Shown: piece after piece, positions 25,298-36,200 of the stretch | Layout: each line of letters opens with the position of its first letter | How positions within the stretch are numbered: the stretch's first letter is position 1 | Source: a virus | Taxonomy: Duplodnaviria > Caudoviricetes | Strand: one strand, 5' to 3' | Length of the DNA stretch: 37,416 bases | IMG/VR virus record: IMGVR_UViG_3300048851_000034 | Location: 1 to 37,416 of that record | Position numbers and translations under genes: made by a program | Notes under the pieces: generated by a model | Databases searched by the model: none | Told to the model about the DNA's origin: nothing | What the model saw: the letters and a program-made list of their open reading frames with translations, nothing else

Positions 25298-26289
25298 GTA
25301 TGTTAATTCCCGGGCAGAACCAGCTCGCCGAACCTGAGATCGTCAAGGTCCAGCAGTTCGAGCCGCTGCTCGCTGCTCTCAAGGCTATGGTGGTCAGCTA
25401 CGCGCAGCGCAAAAGCCCCGAGCTGGGCGAGGCGCTGGCCATCAGCCTTGCGAACGAGTCCGAGCTGCTCACGGTGGTTTTCGAGGCTTTGGCGACCCGC
25501 CTGCAGACGAAGGCGCGCGACGATAACGCGAAGATCAAGCAGTCGCTGGCCTGGTGGGCAAACGGCACCAATCTAAACGCCAGGCTCGCCGATATGGGCC
25601 TCGAGCGGCAGATCATCAAAAAGGGCGACCCGAACGCCTACCCACCGCAACCCGACGTCGAGGAAAGCGACGACGCTGCCCGCCTGCGCTACTACCTGGC
25701 GCCTCATGCGCCGGCCGCGGGCTCGCGGATGCAGTACCGCCGCGAGGCCCTGACCTTGGCAGGCCGGGCGAGCGTCTCGGTGGAGACTCCCGACGCCGGA
25801 AAAGTCGTGGTGACGTACACGTTTAACGATGACGGCTACGCGGCCAAGGTCAAGGACGCGACTGCGCGCCGCACTTCCCCCGGCCAGGTCACTGTCACCG
25901 TGCTCGGCCAGGACGGCGACGGCGTGCCCTCGGCGGATCTGCTCGCCGCAGTGGCCAAGCATTTCGACCGGCCTGACGTGCGCCCCGAAACTGACGAGGT
26001 ACTGGTCAAGCCCGCGGCGATCATCCCCTACAAGATCCGCGCTCGGGCTTACATCAATTCCGGGCCGGATACGTCGTTAACCAAGGCCACCGCCACGGCG
26101 GCGCTGCAGACCTACGCCGACGAGCGCCACCGCCTCGAGGCGCGCATCGATCCGAGCTGGATCGATTACACGCTGCACGCCGCCGGCGCCGTTCGCATTG
26201 AGATCCTCGAGCCGACTGAGGCGATCGTGGCCAAGGCCAGCGAGGCCCCGTGGTGTGCCGGCATCGAGCTCGAGGTCGCGACGCAATGA
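25294..26289 (+). CDS. Baseplate gpJ-like protein, 331 aa
   Basis: ESDDAARLR, AAGSRMQY, PGQVTVTVL, VRPETDEV. Confidence 0.88.
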   Translation: MSMLIPGQNQLAEPEIVKVQQFEPLLAALKAMVVSYAQRKSPELGEALAISLANESELLTVVFEALATRLQTKARDDNAKIKQSLAWWANGTNLNARLADMGLERQIIKKGDPNAYPPQPDVEESDDAARLRYYLAPHAPAAGSRMQYRREALTLAGRASVSVETPDAGKVVVTYTFNDDGYAAKVKDATARRTSPGQVTVTVLGQDGDGVPSADLLAAVAKHFDRPDVRPETDEVLVKPAAIIPYKIRARAYINSGPDTSLTKATATAALQTYADERHRLEARIDPSWIDYTLHAAGAVRIEILEPTEAIVAKASEAPWCAGIELEVATQ

Positions 26290-26924
26290 GTGACGACACC
26301 AGCGCCGAACTGGCGCCGATCCACGCCGGCGGCTCGATTCTCGAGCGCGCCATCGATATCGGTTTCGGGCACTTCCTCGATCAGATCCTCGCGCCGTTTC
26401 CCGAGCTGCTCGATCCCTCAAAAACGCCGGCTGAGTTTCTGCCCTACCTCGCGGCCGATCGCGGCGTCGACGAGTGGAACCCGGACGCCGACGAGACCGA
26501 AAAGCGGCTCACCGTCGCCCTGGCCTGGCCGACCAAGCGCCAAGCCGGCACCCGGGCTGCGCTCGAGAACGCAATCAAGGGCCTGCAGCTCCTGCCCGAC
26601 GTTACAGCCTGGCATGAGCTCACGCCCAAGGGCACCCCGTACAGCTTCACCGTTAGGGCCTTTGCCAATACGCCCTATAGCGAGGAGATCAACGCGCGCC
26701 TCGACCAGCGCCTGGCCGCTGCAAAGAGCGAGCGCGACACCCTGACCGTCTCGATCGGCCTGACCGCCACCGGCCCGCTTTACATCGCGGCCGGCGCGAT
26801 CTTTTCCGAGCTCGCGACGGTTCAGCCTTATGTGCTCGAGGGCCTGGAAGTCTCCGGCGTGCCGTACCTGGCCGCGGCGACTTACACCATCGAGATAACC
26901 ACCATCAAGCCCATGGAGTCGTGA
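26286..26924 (+). CDS. P2 gpI-like tail protein, 212 aa
   Basis: PAEFLPYLAADRGVDEW, KRQAGT. Confidence 0.85.
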   Translation: MSDDTSAELAPIHAGGSILERAIDIGFGHFLDQILAPFPELLDPSKTPAEFLPYLAADRGVDEWNPDADETEKRLTVALAWPTKRQAGTRAALENAIKGLQLLPDVTAWHELTPKGTPYSFTVRAFANTPYSEEINARLDQRLAAAKSERDTLTVSIGLTATGPLYIAAGAIFSELATVQPYVLEGLEVSGVPYLAAATYTIEITTIKPMES

Positions 26925-29761
26925 TGGCCGACTATTACACCCTCCTCACCAATGCCGGCCTGGCCTATGAGGCGGCTTGCAAGGCCAACGGCGTCCCGAT
27001 CAAGCTGAGCAAATTCTCGGTCGGCGACGGCAATGGCTCCGTTTATAACCCTGACGCCACCATGACCGGGCTGCGCCGCGAGGTTTGGCGGGGAGACATC
27101 AATGCGCTGCTGCAGGATGCCAATAACCCGAGCTGGCTGGTCGCTGAGCTGACCCTGCCCGATAGCGTCGGCGGCTGGTATATCCGCGAGGCCGGCGTCT
27201 GGACTGACTCCGGCATTCTGTACGCCGTCGTCAAATACCCCGAGTCGTACAAGCCCGTACTGGCCACCACCGGCGCCGGGAAAGAGTTTTACATCCGGGC
27301 CATTTTCCAGACCAGCAACGCGCCCAACGTGGTCCTGGCGGTCGACGAGTCGATCGTTAAGGCAACCCGGGCCTGGGTCGTTGATTACGTCGCCGGCGAG
27401 CTGGCGAAACTCGACTACAAGCAATCGGTGCGGGTGGCCACGACCGGCAATATCACCCTGAGCGGTGCGCAGACCATCGATAGCGTGCCTGTCGTCGCTG
27501 GCGATCGGGTGCTCGTCAAGAATCAAACCAACGCCTGGCTAAACGGTATTTATATCGTGGCTAACGGTGCGTGGATCAGAGCCGCGGACGCCGACGCCAG
27601 CGTCGAGGTGACGTCCGAGCTTATGGTCGCGGTCGAGGAGGGTAACGCCAACGGCGACAGCCTCTGGCACCTCACCACGAACGCCCCGATTGTGCTGGGC
27701 ACGACGCCGCTGGCCTTCGCGCAGATCTACACCGCCGCGCAAGTCGTTACCCTGCTGGCCGCCAAGGCGCCGCTGGATAGCCCCGCGCTGAAAGGAAAGC
27801 CGACCACGCCGACCCCGGCCGGCGGCACGAATGACCTGCAGATCTCGAACACCGCGTTTGTGATGACTGAGATCGCAAAGGCCATATCCAACCTGATCGG
27901 CGGTGCTGGTCCGGCGCTCGACCAGCTCAACGAGCTGGCTGCAGCGCTGGGCAATGATCCAAACTTTGCGACAACCATCGCGACAGCGCTCGGCCTCAAG
28001 GCGCCACTGGCCAGCCCGGCCTTGACTGGCTTGCCAACGGCCCCGACGCCAGCGCTCGGAAACAACTCGGGCCTGCTGGCAACTACCGCCTTTCTCGCGG
28101 CCACGCTGCAGGCTTACGGCCTGGCCGGCAATCAGGCCCCGAACTTCGGGGACACGATCAGCCTGGATACGGCTGCAACGGGCTCCCTGGTGCGCTGCGA
28201 GGGCATGGCAAGCAAAGCCGCGGCATTGAGCTGGCCGAGCACTGGCGTTTCGGCAAACACGCCGCAAGCCTTTGACGTAATGACCATGGGCACCCCCGGC
28301 GGCGCGGCCCGCGTGGTGCAATTCGCCACCGAGGTTTTCGGGGCGGGTGGTAGCAGCCGCGGCCGCACGTTTATCCGGGTCAAGCACGATGCGACCTGGT
28401 ACGCCTGGCGTGAACTGGCCTTCACGGATGCGTTTGCCACGGTGGCCACCACCGGCAAGTTTTCCGACCTGCTGGATCAAACCGACCATGTGTTTCGAGG
28501 CGCCACCTCTGGCGTCGCATGGAAAACCGTCTCGCTGCTGAATGCTGACCCGGCCGGGCATTTGTCGTTGGAATATCGAAACTCCAACGGCATTACGGTG
28601 ATGTCTCTGCAGGGCTTGAATGACGGTAAAGGTGGCTGGCGTCCTCGGTTCTACTACACCAAGGCGGGCTTAACGAACGCCGATCGTCGAACCTATTGGG
28701 GCGGCGTGAACGACGACGATATCGTCGAGTTTGCCGGTCCCATGCAGGTCCGCCAGGGTGGCTACCTTCTCGACAAGACCACCGCGACGCTGAACGTAAA
28801 AAGTGACACTAGCGATGGCACTGGCGGCCTGACGGTAAGCAACTTTGCACCGACTCTGGCGATGGTCGATCGATCGGAAGGCGCGCGTTCTTCGCGCTGG
28901 CGAACGGATGCCAATGGCCTGTATCTGGACTGGGACAACGCCGACAACGGCGCGACCTGGAACCCGCCGCTACTGACGGTTTTGCCTGTTGGCGAAATTC
29001 TGTCTAAGTCGCCGAATAACTGGCGAATTATGAGCGGCAATTACGGCACGTTTTGGCGTAATGACGGCAACTCGCTGTACCTGATGATTACCGCGTCGGG
29101 TGATCCGGCCGGACCATGGAGCCCTTTGCGACCTCTGGCGGTCGACCTGGCGAGCGGTCGGGTGGTTTGCTCGAATGGCTTGGGCATCACCACGGCAGGC
29201 CGTGGCGATAACAGCACGAACGCAGCTAGTACCGCCTTTGTGATGGAAGCGGTAGGCAATCGCGCCGGCGCGGTCGACTTCTTCGCGCGTTCTGACGCTC
29301 CGTTCGGTTACCTCAAGGCCAACGGCGCGGCAGTGAGTCGAGTGACCTACGCCGCGCTTTTCGCTGCAATCGGCACCCTTCACGGTGCGGGCGATGGTTC
29401 TACCACGTTCAACCTGCCAGACATGCGCGGCGAATTTCCGCGCGGCTGGGACGATGGCCGCGGTATCGACGCGAGTCGCGTGATTGGTTCGCTCCAAGCA
29501 GGGCAGAACGCCGCCCACACTCACGGCGCGACTGTGGCCTCGGCTGGAGCGCACAACCACGCAACAACGGTGGCGCGGGAATATGTGGAGGCCGTCGTCA
29601 ACAATCAGAACGCGGTTTTTGGTGACCAGATCAACGAAGGCACCAACGATCTGCCGACCTCAACCGCCGGCGCCCACACTCACACCGTCACTATCGCATC
29701 TTCCGGCGGCAACGAATCGCGCCCGCGCAACATTGCATTACTGGCCTGCATCAAGTTCTAA
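26924..29761 (+). CDS. Tail fibre (P2 gpH-like), ~945 aa
   Basis: YYTLLTNAG...GGWYIREAG N-terminus; KAPLxSPALxGxPTxPT repeats; collar domain FNLPDMRGEFPRGWD; HxH motifs; RPRNIA C-terminus. Confidence 0.92.
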   Translation: MADYYTLLTNAGLAYEAACKANGVPIKLSKFSVGDGNGSVYNPDATMTGLRREVWRGDINALLQDANNPSWLVAELTLPDSVGGWYIREAGVWTDSGILYAVVKYPESYKPVLATTGAGKEFYIRAIFQTSNAPNVVLAVDESIVKATRAWVVDYVAGELAKLDYKQSVRVATTGNITLSGAQTIDSVPVVAGDRVLVKNQTNAWLNGIYIVANGAWIRAADADASVEVTSELMVAVEEGNANGDSLWHLTTNAPIVLGTTPLAFAQIYTAAQVVTLLAAKAPLDSPALKGKPTTPTPAGGTNDLQISNTAFVMTEIAKAISNLIGGAGPALDQLNELAAALGNDPNFATTIATALGLKAPLASPALTGLPTAPTPALGNNSGLLATTAFLAATLQAYGLAGNQAPNFGDTISLDTAATGSLVRCEGMASKAAALSWPSTGVSANTPQAFDVMTMGTPGGAARVVQFATEVFGAGGSSRGRTFIRVKHDATWYAWRELAFTDAFATVATTGKFSDLLDQTDHVFRGATSGVAWKTVSLLNADPAGHLSLEYRNSNGITVMSLQGLNDGKGGWRPRFYYTKAGLTNADRRTYWGGVNDDDIVEFAGPMQVRQGGYLLDKTTATLNVKSDTSDGTGGLTVSNFAPTLAMVDRSEGARSSRWRTDANGLYLDWDNADNGATWNPPLLTVLPVGEILSKSPNNWRIMSGNYGTFWRNDGNSLYLMITASGDPAGPWSPLRPLAVDLASGRVVCSNGLGITTAGRGDNSTNAASTAFVMEAVGNRAGAVDFFARSDAPFGYLKANGAAVSRVTYAALFAAIGTLHGAGDGSTTFNLPDMRGEFPRGWDDGRGIDASRVIGSLQAGQNAAHTHGATVASAGAHNHATTVAREYVEAVVNNQNAVFGDQINEGTNDLPTSTAGAHTHTVTIASSGGNESRPRNIALLACIKF

Positions 29762-29770
29762 GGGGACACC

Positions 29771-30487
29771 ATGACCGACGAAGTAAACGGCGCCTCGCCC
29801 GAGGCTGTCGAGGAGACCCGTTTCCCTGAATTGACCACCACGGCCGAGCCCTGGTGGTCCGGCCTGGCGCCGCCGACTACCTACGCGGTCCATCCAGAAA
29901 CGGGCGAATATGTCAGCCAGGCGCTGGCAGATCCGAGCCCGCTCGAGGAGGGCGTCTGGCTGGTGCCGGCGCTGGCGTATCTGGATTCGCCGCCTGACGT
30001 CATGCCGGGCTGGGCGCTGATTCGCCAGGGCGACAAATGGCGTCATGTTGAGGACCACCGAGGCAAGACGGTTTACAGCACGGCCACCCGCGAGTCGTTG
30101 ATCTGGCCCAGCCTGGGCGCCTTGCCCGGCGGCTGGACATTGCAGGCGCCTGCCACCGAGTTCGACAATTGGGTCGATGAGAAATGGCAGGCCGACAAGG
30201 CCGCGCAAGGCGCCGCACTCATGCAGCGGGCAAGCCAGAAAAAGGGCCTGCTGCTGCAGTACGCCGCCAGTCAAATTGGCATCTTGCAGGATGCGATCGA
30301 CCAGAAAATGGCCACCGATGACGAGGCCAAGGCGCTCGCCGCCTGGAAGTCTTACCGCGTGCTCGTCAACCGCGTCGAAGTGGATACAAGCGCCCCGGCG
30401 TCGAGCTCCTGGCCCGACGCGCCGAACCCGATCGCCATTGAGCGCTGGCTAATCGGCCAGGGCTATGAGGATCTCGCCTCGGCGTAA
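29771..30487 (+). CDS. Tail fibre assembly chaperone (Tfa-like), 238 aa
   Basis: WRHVEDHRGKTVYST, LQDAID...LAAWKSYRVLVNRV...WPDAP. Confidence 0.88.
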   Translation: MTDEVNGASPEAVEETRFPELTTTAEPWWSGLAPPTTYAVHPETGEYVSQALADPSPLEEGVWLVPALAYLDSPPDVMPGWALIRQGDKWRHVEDHRGKTVYSTATRESLIWPSLGALPGGWTLQAPATEFDNWVDEKWQADKAAQGAALMQRASQKKGLLLQYAASQIGILQDAIDQKMATDDEAKALAAWKSYRVLVNRVEVDTSAPASSSWPDAPNPIAIERWLIGQGYEDLASA

Positions 30488-30524
30488 CGTCACCCCGCAC
30501 ACGATCAATTCACCCCCTTTCCAT

Positions 30525-30548
30525 AGGCCGCCATTACGCGGCCTTTTT
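30525..30548 (+). terminator. Intrinsic terminator before the sheath module
   Basis: AGGCCGC-cattac-GCGGCC-T5. Confidence 0.7.
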
Positions 30549-30564
30549 CATGCCTGGAGATCCT

Positions 30565-30780
30565 ATGGCTGTGAAACACGAACGCCTCAATTACACCGTG
30601 CTCGTCCCCTATCCGCGGGGCGGTGGCCATTGGGCCGAGGCTGGCGAAAAGCTGGACCTGCTCGATGTCGAGGCATCCGCATTGCGCGCCGCCGGCCGCA
30701 TTCAACTGACCAGCGTGCTCGAGGCCAAGGCCGCCGCCGCTGCTCCTGCAAAGAAAACCACCGCAAAGGCCAGCGAGTAA
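30565..30780 (+). CDS. Small tail-associated protein preceding the sheath, 71 aa
   Basis: RBS GGAGA; tight spacing to the sheath gene. Confidence 0.65.
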   Translation: MAVKHERLNYTVLVPYPRGGGHWAEAGEKLDLLDVEASALRAAGRIQLTSVLEAKAAAAAPAKKTTAKASE

Positions 30781-30783
30781 CTC

Positions 30784-31950
30784 ATGCCAAAATCTACGAG
30801 CTTTGAACACAACGGCATTTTGATTAATGCCACCGAATCTCCCGAGTCTATGGGCTCCCTGGGTAATAACGTCGTCGGCCTGGTCGGCACCGCGCCCAAC
30901 AAGGCGGCCGGCATCCCGTTCAACGCCTGGTTCCGTATCGGCACCATGACCGACGTCGAGCAACTGGACCCGACCGGCGCCGAGGCCGGGACCCTGTACC
31001 AGACCGTCAAGCAGATCCTCAAAGTCACCAAAGTTCCGGTTTACGTGGTGATCGTGCCTGTCGGTGAAACCGAGGCCGACACGTTCAACAACGTCATGGG
31101 CGGGCGCGATGCGCTCACCGGCCGCGCGCTGGGTCTGCAGGCGCTGGCTGGCACCCCCGAGGAGCTGACGATTATTGGCGCCCCGGGCTTCACCGGGAAA
31201 AAGGCGATGGCCACCGAGGTCGCAGCCTTCGCCAAGAAGATCCGCGCCCGTGCGGTCCTCGACGGCATTGACGGCACCGTGATCGCGCAAACCGACTACA
31301 GCGTCGACCTGGGCGCCGGCGTCGGCATGGATCGTTGCCTGGTGATCCACAACATGCCCGCCGTTTACTCCAAGGCGGCCAAGGCCAACGTGTTCCTGCC
31401 GCCGTCCTCGCTGGCGATCGCAGCCCTCGCGGCCGTGGCGCAGTGGGAAAGCCCGGGCAATCAGGTCACCAACGCCGAGGACGTATCGCGCACCGTCGAA
31501 TACAACATCCTCGAGACCGGCACCGAGGGCGACCTGCTCAACCAGTACGGCGTCAGCTACTACGCGCGCACCACGCTCGGCGGTTTCTCGCTGCTGGGTA
31601 ACCGCTCGATTACCGGCAAATTCATCAGTTATGTCGGCCTCGAGGACGCGCTCTCGCGCAAGTTGATCGCCGCCTCCCAGGAGGCAATGGCCAAAAACCT
31701 GACCCTGTCGTTCATGGAACAGCGGGTTAAGAAAATCAATGACTGGCTGCAGACCCTGGTCGCATCCGAAACCATCCCGGGCGGCAAGGTGTACCTGCAC
31801 CCGGATCTCAATAGCGTCGAGAACTACAAAAACGGCAAGTGGTTTATCTGCATCGACTACGGCCGCTACGCGCCTAACGAAACAATGGTTTACCAGCTCA
31901 ACGCGAGCGACGAAATCATTGAGGAATTCCTGGGAGAAGTATTGAAATGA
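30784..31950 (+). CDS. Tail sheath (P2 FI-like), 388 aa
   Basis: HNGI, VGLVGTAP, IIGAPGF, WESPGNQ, GFSLLGNRS. Confidence 0.92.
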   Translation: MPKSTSFEHNGILINATESPESMGSLGNNVVGLVGTAPNKAAGIPFNAWFRIGTMTDVEQLDPTGAEAGTLYQTVKQILKVTKVPVYVVIVPVGETEADTFNNVMGGRDALTGRALGLQALAGTPEELTIIGAPGFTGKKAMATEVAAFAKKIRARAVLDGIDGTVIAQTDYSVDLGAGVGMDRCLVIHNMPAVYSKAAKANVFLPPSSLAIAALAAVAQWESPGNQVTNAEDVSRTVEYNILETGTEGDLLNQYGVSYYARTTLGGFSLLGNRSITGKFISYVGLEDALSRKLIAASQEAMAKNLTLSFMEQRVKKINDWLQTLVASETIPGGKVYLHPDLNSVENYKNGKWFICIDYGRYAPNETMVYQLNASDEIIEEFLGEVLK

Positions 31951-32453
31951 TGACAAGCCGCGTTCGCCAGATGATCCAAGCAACCCTCGGCGGGTTGCCT
32001 GTCATGCAAAAAATCGACGACTTCGACCCGCCGAAAATCGACTTCGATATGGAGACGATGCAGGGCGGTCGCTTCATCGAGGAGGAAATGGCTAAGGGCC
32101 TCAAGGCGCTGGTGGCCAAGCTCACGCTGCAGGGTATCGGCTTGCCGATCATGCTGGCCCTGGGCGCTGAGGGCGCCGCCAACGTGCTGCTGCAGGTCCG
32201 CGAGGCCGGCGTCGATCAGGATGACCAAGAGTTTTTTACTTATCACACGATCGGCGGCAAGCTGAAAGTGCTGGAAGAAAAAACCGTCAAAATGAAAGAC
32301 AAGCCGGTCACCGTCCTCGAGCTGGCCGTGCGGACCTATGAGCGCCGCGAGAACGGCGTCGTGGTGATCGATATCGACACCCGCACTCAAAAGCTGGTGC
32401 TCAACGGCGAGGACATCCTCAAGGGCGCCCGCCGCCTGGTGCTTATGTCCTAA
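31947..32453 (+). CDS. Tail tube (P2 FII-like), 168 aa
   Basis: Follows the sheath gene; FDPPKI...VIDID...LNGEDIL. Confidence 0.85.
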   Translation: MMTSRVRQMIQATLGGLPVMQKIDDFDPPKIDFDMETMQGGRFIEEEMAKGLKALVAKLTLQGIGLPIMLALGAEGAANVLLQVREAGVDQDDQEFFTYHTIGGKLKVLEEKTVKMKDKPVTVLELAVRTYERRENGVVVIDIDTRTQKLVLNGEDILKGARRLVLMS

Positions 32454-32480
32454 GCGCCACCCCTCACCCGTCACCTGCAG

Positions 32481-32504
32481 AGCCGTCCACCTGGGCGGCT
32501 TTTT
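32481..32504 (+). terminator. Terminator after the tube gene
   Basis: AGCCGTCCA-cc-TGGGCGGC-T5. Confidence 0.7.
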
Positions 32505-32527
32505 CGTTTGCGTAAGGAATTCTCCCC

Positions 32528-33100
32528 ATGAGCTGGACCCCGCCTGTTCACACTCTGCTGTGCCCGATCGATTCCCCCGAGCGCGGCACCCTCACCGAGA
32601 TCGCTTTCAAGGCATTCAGCCACGGCGAACACGCGAAAATTGTCGCCAACACCGAGAAGGACAAGGACGACGGCGATCGCCGCGAGGAGCAGCTCATTCA
32701 GCTCGCCACCGGCCTGACCGACGCCGAGCTCGAGCAGCTCAAGCGGCCCGACTATCTGAGCCTGACCTCGCTGCTCTATGAGTACGTGAACAACACCGCG
32801 GCCCACTACCTGGGCGATCCCGAGGACGCCGACGCGCCGCCGCTGCTGCAGCCGATCAGCGTAATGGGGCAGGAGCTCACCAGTCTGACGCTGGAAATGC
32901 CTGCAGTAAAAGCGACGAAGGTCATGGCCAAGCAGAAGACGGCGCAAGAGCGTACCGACTTCATTTCGGCGCATTGCTCGGGCCTGGGTGTGGTCGAGCT
33001 CGGCCTGCTGTCGGTGCCTGACTGGAACACCCTGCAACTGAGACTCAACCATTTTTTAAACCAACCGGCGTCTTTCTTTCAGAACGCGACATCGAAGTAA
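32528..33100 (+). CDS. Tail assembly chaperone (gpE-like), 190 aa
   Basis: Between tube and tape measure; two repeated GL...L..L...D units. Confidence 0.8.
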   Translation: MSWTPPVHTLLCPIDSPERGTLTEIAFKAFSHGEHAKIVANTEKDKDDGDRREEQLIQLATGLTDAELEQLKRPDYLSLTSLLYEYVNNTAAHYLGDPEDADAPPLLQPISVMGQELTSLTLEMPAVKATKVMAKQKTAQERTDFISAHCSGLGVVELGLLSVPDWNTLQLRLNHFLNQPASFFQNATSK

Positions 33101-33222
33101 TTCTCGACGTTGTGCCCCTCGTCTATCCCGTCGGCGAGGCTGAGATTCTGGAATGGGACGCCGAGAAGGCGATGCGGCGCTACGACATAGCGATCGCGCG
33201 CCTCGGGGTTGCAAAGGAGTAG
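33052..33222 (+). CDS. -1 frameshift extension of the tail chaperone (E+E')
   Basis: Slippery T TTT TTA AAC in the gpE frame; the -1 frame reads KPTGVFLSERDIEVILDVVPLVYPVGEAEILEWDAEKAMRRYDIAIARLGVAKE to TAG 33220-33222. Confidence 0.8.
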   Translation, partial: FFKPTGVFLSERDIEVILDVVPLVYPVGEAEILEWDAEKAMRRYDIAIARLGVAKE

Positions 33223-33228
33223 GGCGGC

Positions 33229-36200
33229 ATGGCCGAATCGAAATACTCCCTAAAGCTGGCCGCCATCGATGCCTATTCGTCCACGTTCGGCGATATGGGC
33301 AAGAAGTCGGCCAAGCTGCAGGACCAGCTCCGCGAGCAGCAGGCCGAGCTCCGCCGGCTTAACAGCCAGGCAAAGGACGTCGAGGGCTATGCCCGCCTCG
33401 GTGCCAGCCTCGAGCAGAACCGCAAGCAGCTCGGCACCGCGCGCGCTGAGCAGCAGCGGCTAAGCCGCGAGCACGCCTCGGCGCAGAATCGCGTCATGGA
33501 GCTCGGCACGGCCTACGGTCGCGCGACGGTGGCCACCAAGGCGCTCGAGACGTCGACCACCGCGACCAAGAGCCAGATTAAGGCGGCCGCTCTCGAGCAG
33601 CAGCGCCTCGAGCGCGAGCTCAATGCGGCTACCCTGGCCGAGAAAAAACTCGCCAATCAGCACGACAAGGCGGCGGCCAGTGCCGGCGGCCTCGAGCGTG
33701 CTGTGCGCCGCGAGCATGGCGAGCTCGATCGCTTGGGCGGTTCGCTCACTCGCGCCGGCGTGGATCTGACCAAGCTGGCCGCCGAGCAGCTACGCCTCAA
33801 GAACGCCACCAACTCGGCCAGCGCTGCCCTGGACGCGCAGCGCGCGAAACTGGACGCCGTTAAGCGTTCCTCCGGCAAGATCGAGGAGAACCGCAACAAG
33901 CGCGCGGATCTGCGCGGCCAGATAGCCGAAACGGCGGCGATCGGCTACATCGCAAGCCGCCCTATCGACAAGGCGATGCAGCTCGAGACGGCCATGGCTG
34001 ACGTCGGCAAGGTGCTGACGTTTTCTAAGGACGATGGCGAGCAGCAGGCCGGCATTAAGTCGATGGCCGCGGACAACCTCAAGCTGGCCAGCGATCGTCG
34101 TATCGCCAGCGCGGGCATGACGGCGGTCGACCTGGCGAAAATCGAATATGCGGCAGGTCAGTCGGGCATTGGCAAAAACGCCAAGTCACCCGAGGAGCGC
34201 CGCACGCAGATCATGGACTTCACCAAGGATGCGGCCATTATGGGCGCGGCCTTCGACATCGACGCGAAAACAGCCGGCGAGACAATGGCCGGCTGGCAAG
34301 CGTCTATGAAACTGGACCGCGGCGGCACCCTCGACCTGGCTGACGCCACGAACTACCTGGGGAACAGCTTCAACGCGCAGGCGGCCGACATTGCCAGCGT
34401 CGTTAAGCGGTTCGGCGCAGTAGGCTCGGCCTCGGGCATGAAACCCGAGCAGAGCGCGGCCCTGTCGGCTGCTCTGCTAAACCCGGGAACCGAGAAAGAA
34501 ATCGCCGGTACCGGCTTTAAAAACTTCCTTTCCGCACTGACCGCGGGCAAGTCGGCAACCAAGGGCGAGAAGGCGCAGTGGAAAGATCTAGGGTTTGATC
34601 CCGAGGATCTGGCGACCGACATGCAGAAGAACGCGCCGGCGACGATCATGTCGGTGCTGCAGGCGATCAAGGCCGCGCCAAAGGAGGAGCAAGCGGCCAT
34701 TGCCACGACGCTTTTCGGGTCCGAGTCGATCGGCGCAATTCAGCCGTTGATTGAGAACCTCGAGCCGCTGCAGCAGGCTTTCGCCATGGTGGCGGACAAG
34801 TCGAAATATGCGACGTCGTCGCTCGGCGATCAGGCGTCGATGATGCAGGAGGCCGAGGGCGTGGCGAAGACTTCGCGAACGTCGTGGAACGCCTTCACAG
34901 CTCGAATTGACCGCATGACCACGGTCGTCGGTAATGCCATGTTGCCGGCGCTTAACGCTGTGCTGGTGCCCATGGGTGCAGTCGTCGACGGCATTAGCTG
35001 GGCGGCCGAGAAATTTCCGAACGTCACTGGCGCCCTCGCCGTGGCCGCGGGTGGCCTGGCTGCGCTGAAAGTCGGCGCGCTCGGGGTCAAGTTCGTCGGC
35101 CTATTGCTCGGCCAGGCGTTCAACAAGGCCGGACTAGCCCGGGCCAAGTTGGACGGCACCACGGCCCGAACGGCGAGCGTCGCAGATCTGGCGGTTTCGC
35201 GCCTGAACGCCGCGATGGGCCGCCTAGGCACCACGGGCGCCGCTGCAGGCGCTGGCGACGGCGTAGGCGATGCGGGCGGCAAGAAGCGAGGCAAAGGCAA
35301 GGCTAGCGCCCTAAAGTCGCGTGGAGCGCGAATTGCGCGCGGTGCTGGCCGTGTCGCGGCACCGCTCGCGCTTGCGGTCGGCGGCATTGAGGTTATCAAC
35401 GGCCTGCAGAATGGTGACTCCGAGGAGGTCGGCCGGGGCGTCGGCAACGCCGCCGGCGGCATGGGTGGCGCCTGGGCGGGTGGTGCGGCGGGCGCTGCGA
35501 TCGGCACGCTTATCCTGCCTGGCGTGGGCACAGCGATCGGTGCCGCCGTTGGCTCGCTGGCCGGTGGCTTCGCTGGCAGCGAGCTCGGGTCATGGGTCGG
35601 CGAGAAGGCTGGCGGCCTCTATGACTGGGCCACTGGTAAAGACGACGAGGCCCCGAGCAAGGCCGAGGCGCTCGCGCCGGCCGCTGCGACTGTTGGGGCG
35701 CCTGGCGCCGCTGGTGCGGCTGTCGCATTGGCTCCGGCCACCGCCGCGCTGGTCCCGGTTGCCACGGCGCTGACTCCGGCCGCCGCGGCGCTCGGCACGC
35801 CTTCGGCTTCGCAAGCGATGGCTACGGGCGCGGTTCCGCTCATGGCCACCGCTGCGCAGCCTTCTTTCCCTGGCGCGCCTCCCGCGGCAGGTCTGCCGCT
35901 TCCTGCTGTGCCTGCAGCGGCCTCCCTGGCGCCGTCTGCTGTCGCCAGCGAGGCCCTGGCGCCTTCGGGCGTCGGTGAAATGCTGGGGCGGGCCATGACT
36001 GCCGTCGATAGCGGGCTCGGCTCGGCCGGCAACTGGCTCGGCGACGTGCTGGGCAAGCTGGGCAACTTGCTGCAGCCGCCCGAGGCGGTCGCCAAGGACG
36101 TCGCGCAGGCGGCGGATAATCGGCAGATTACTTTCGCCCCGACCTTCCAAGTAAACGGCGCTGACCAAGCCACCAGCCAGGCCCTGGCCGACAAGATCAT

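Noticed and set aside
26924-30487. Invertible tail-fibre cassette or diversity-generating retroelement
   Set aside because: No invertase, reverse transcriptase, duplicated variable region or flanking inverted repeats seen
30505-31983. 492-aa minus-strand ORF (likewise 21454-22479, 27539-28561, and 7475-8341 on +)
   Set aside because: Shadow frames opposite well-supported genes
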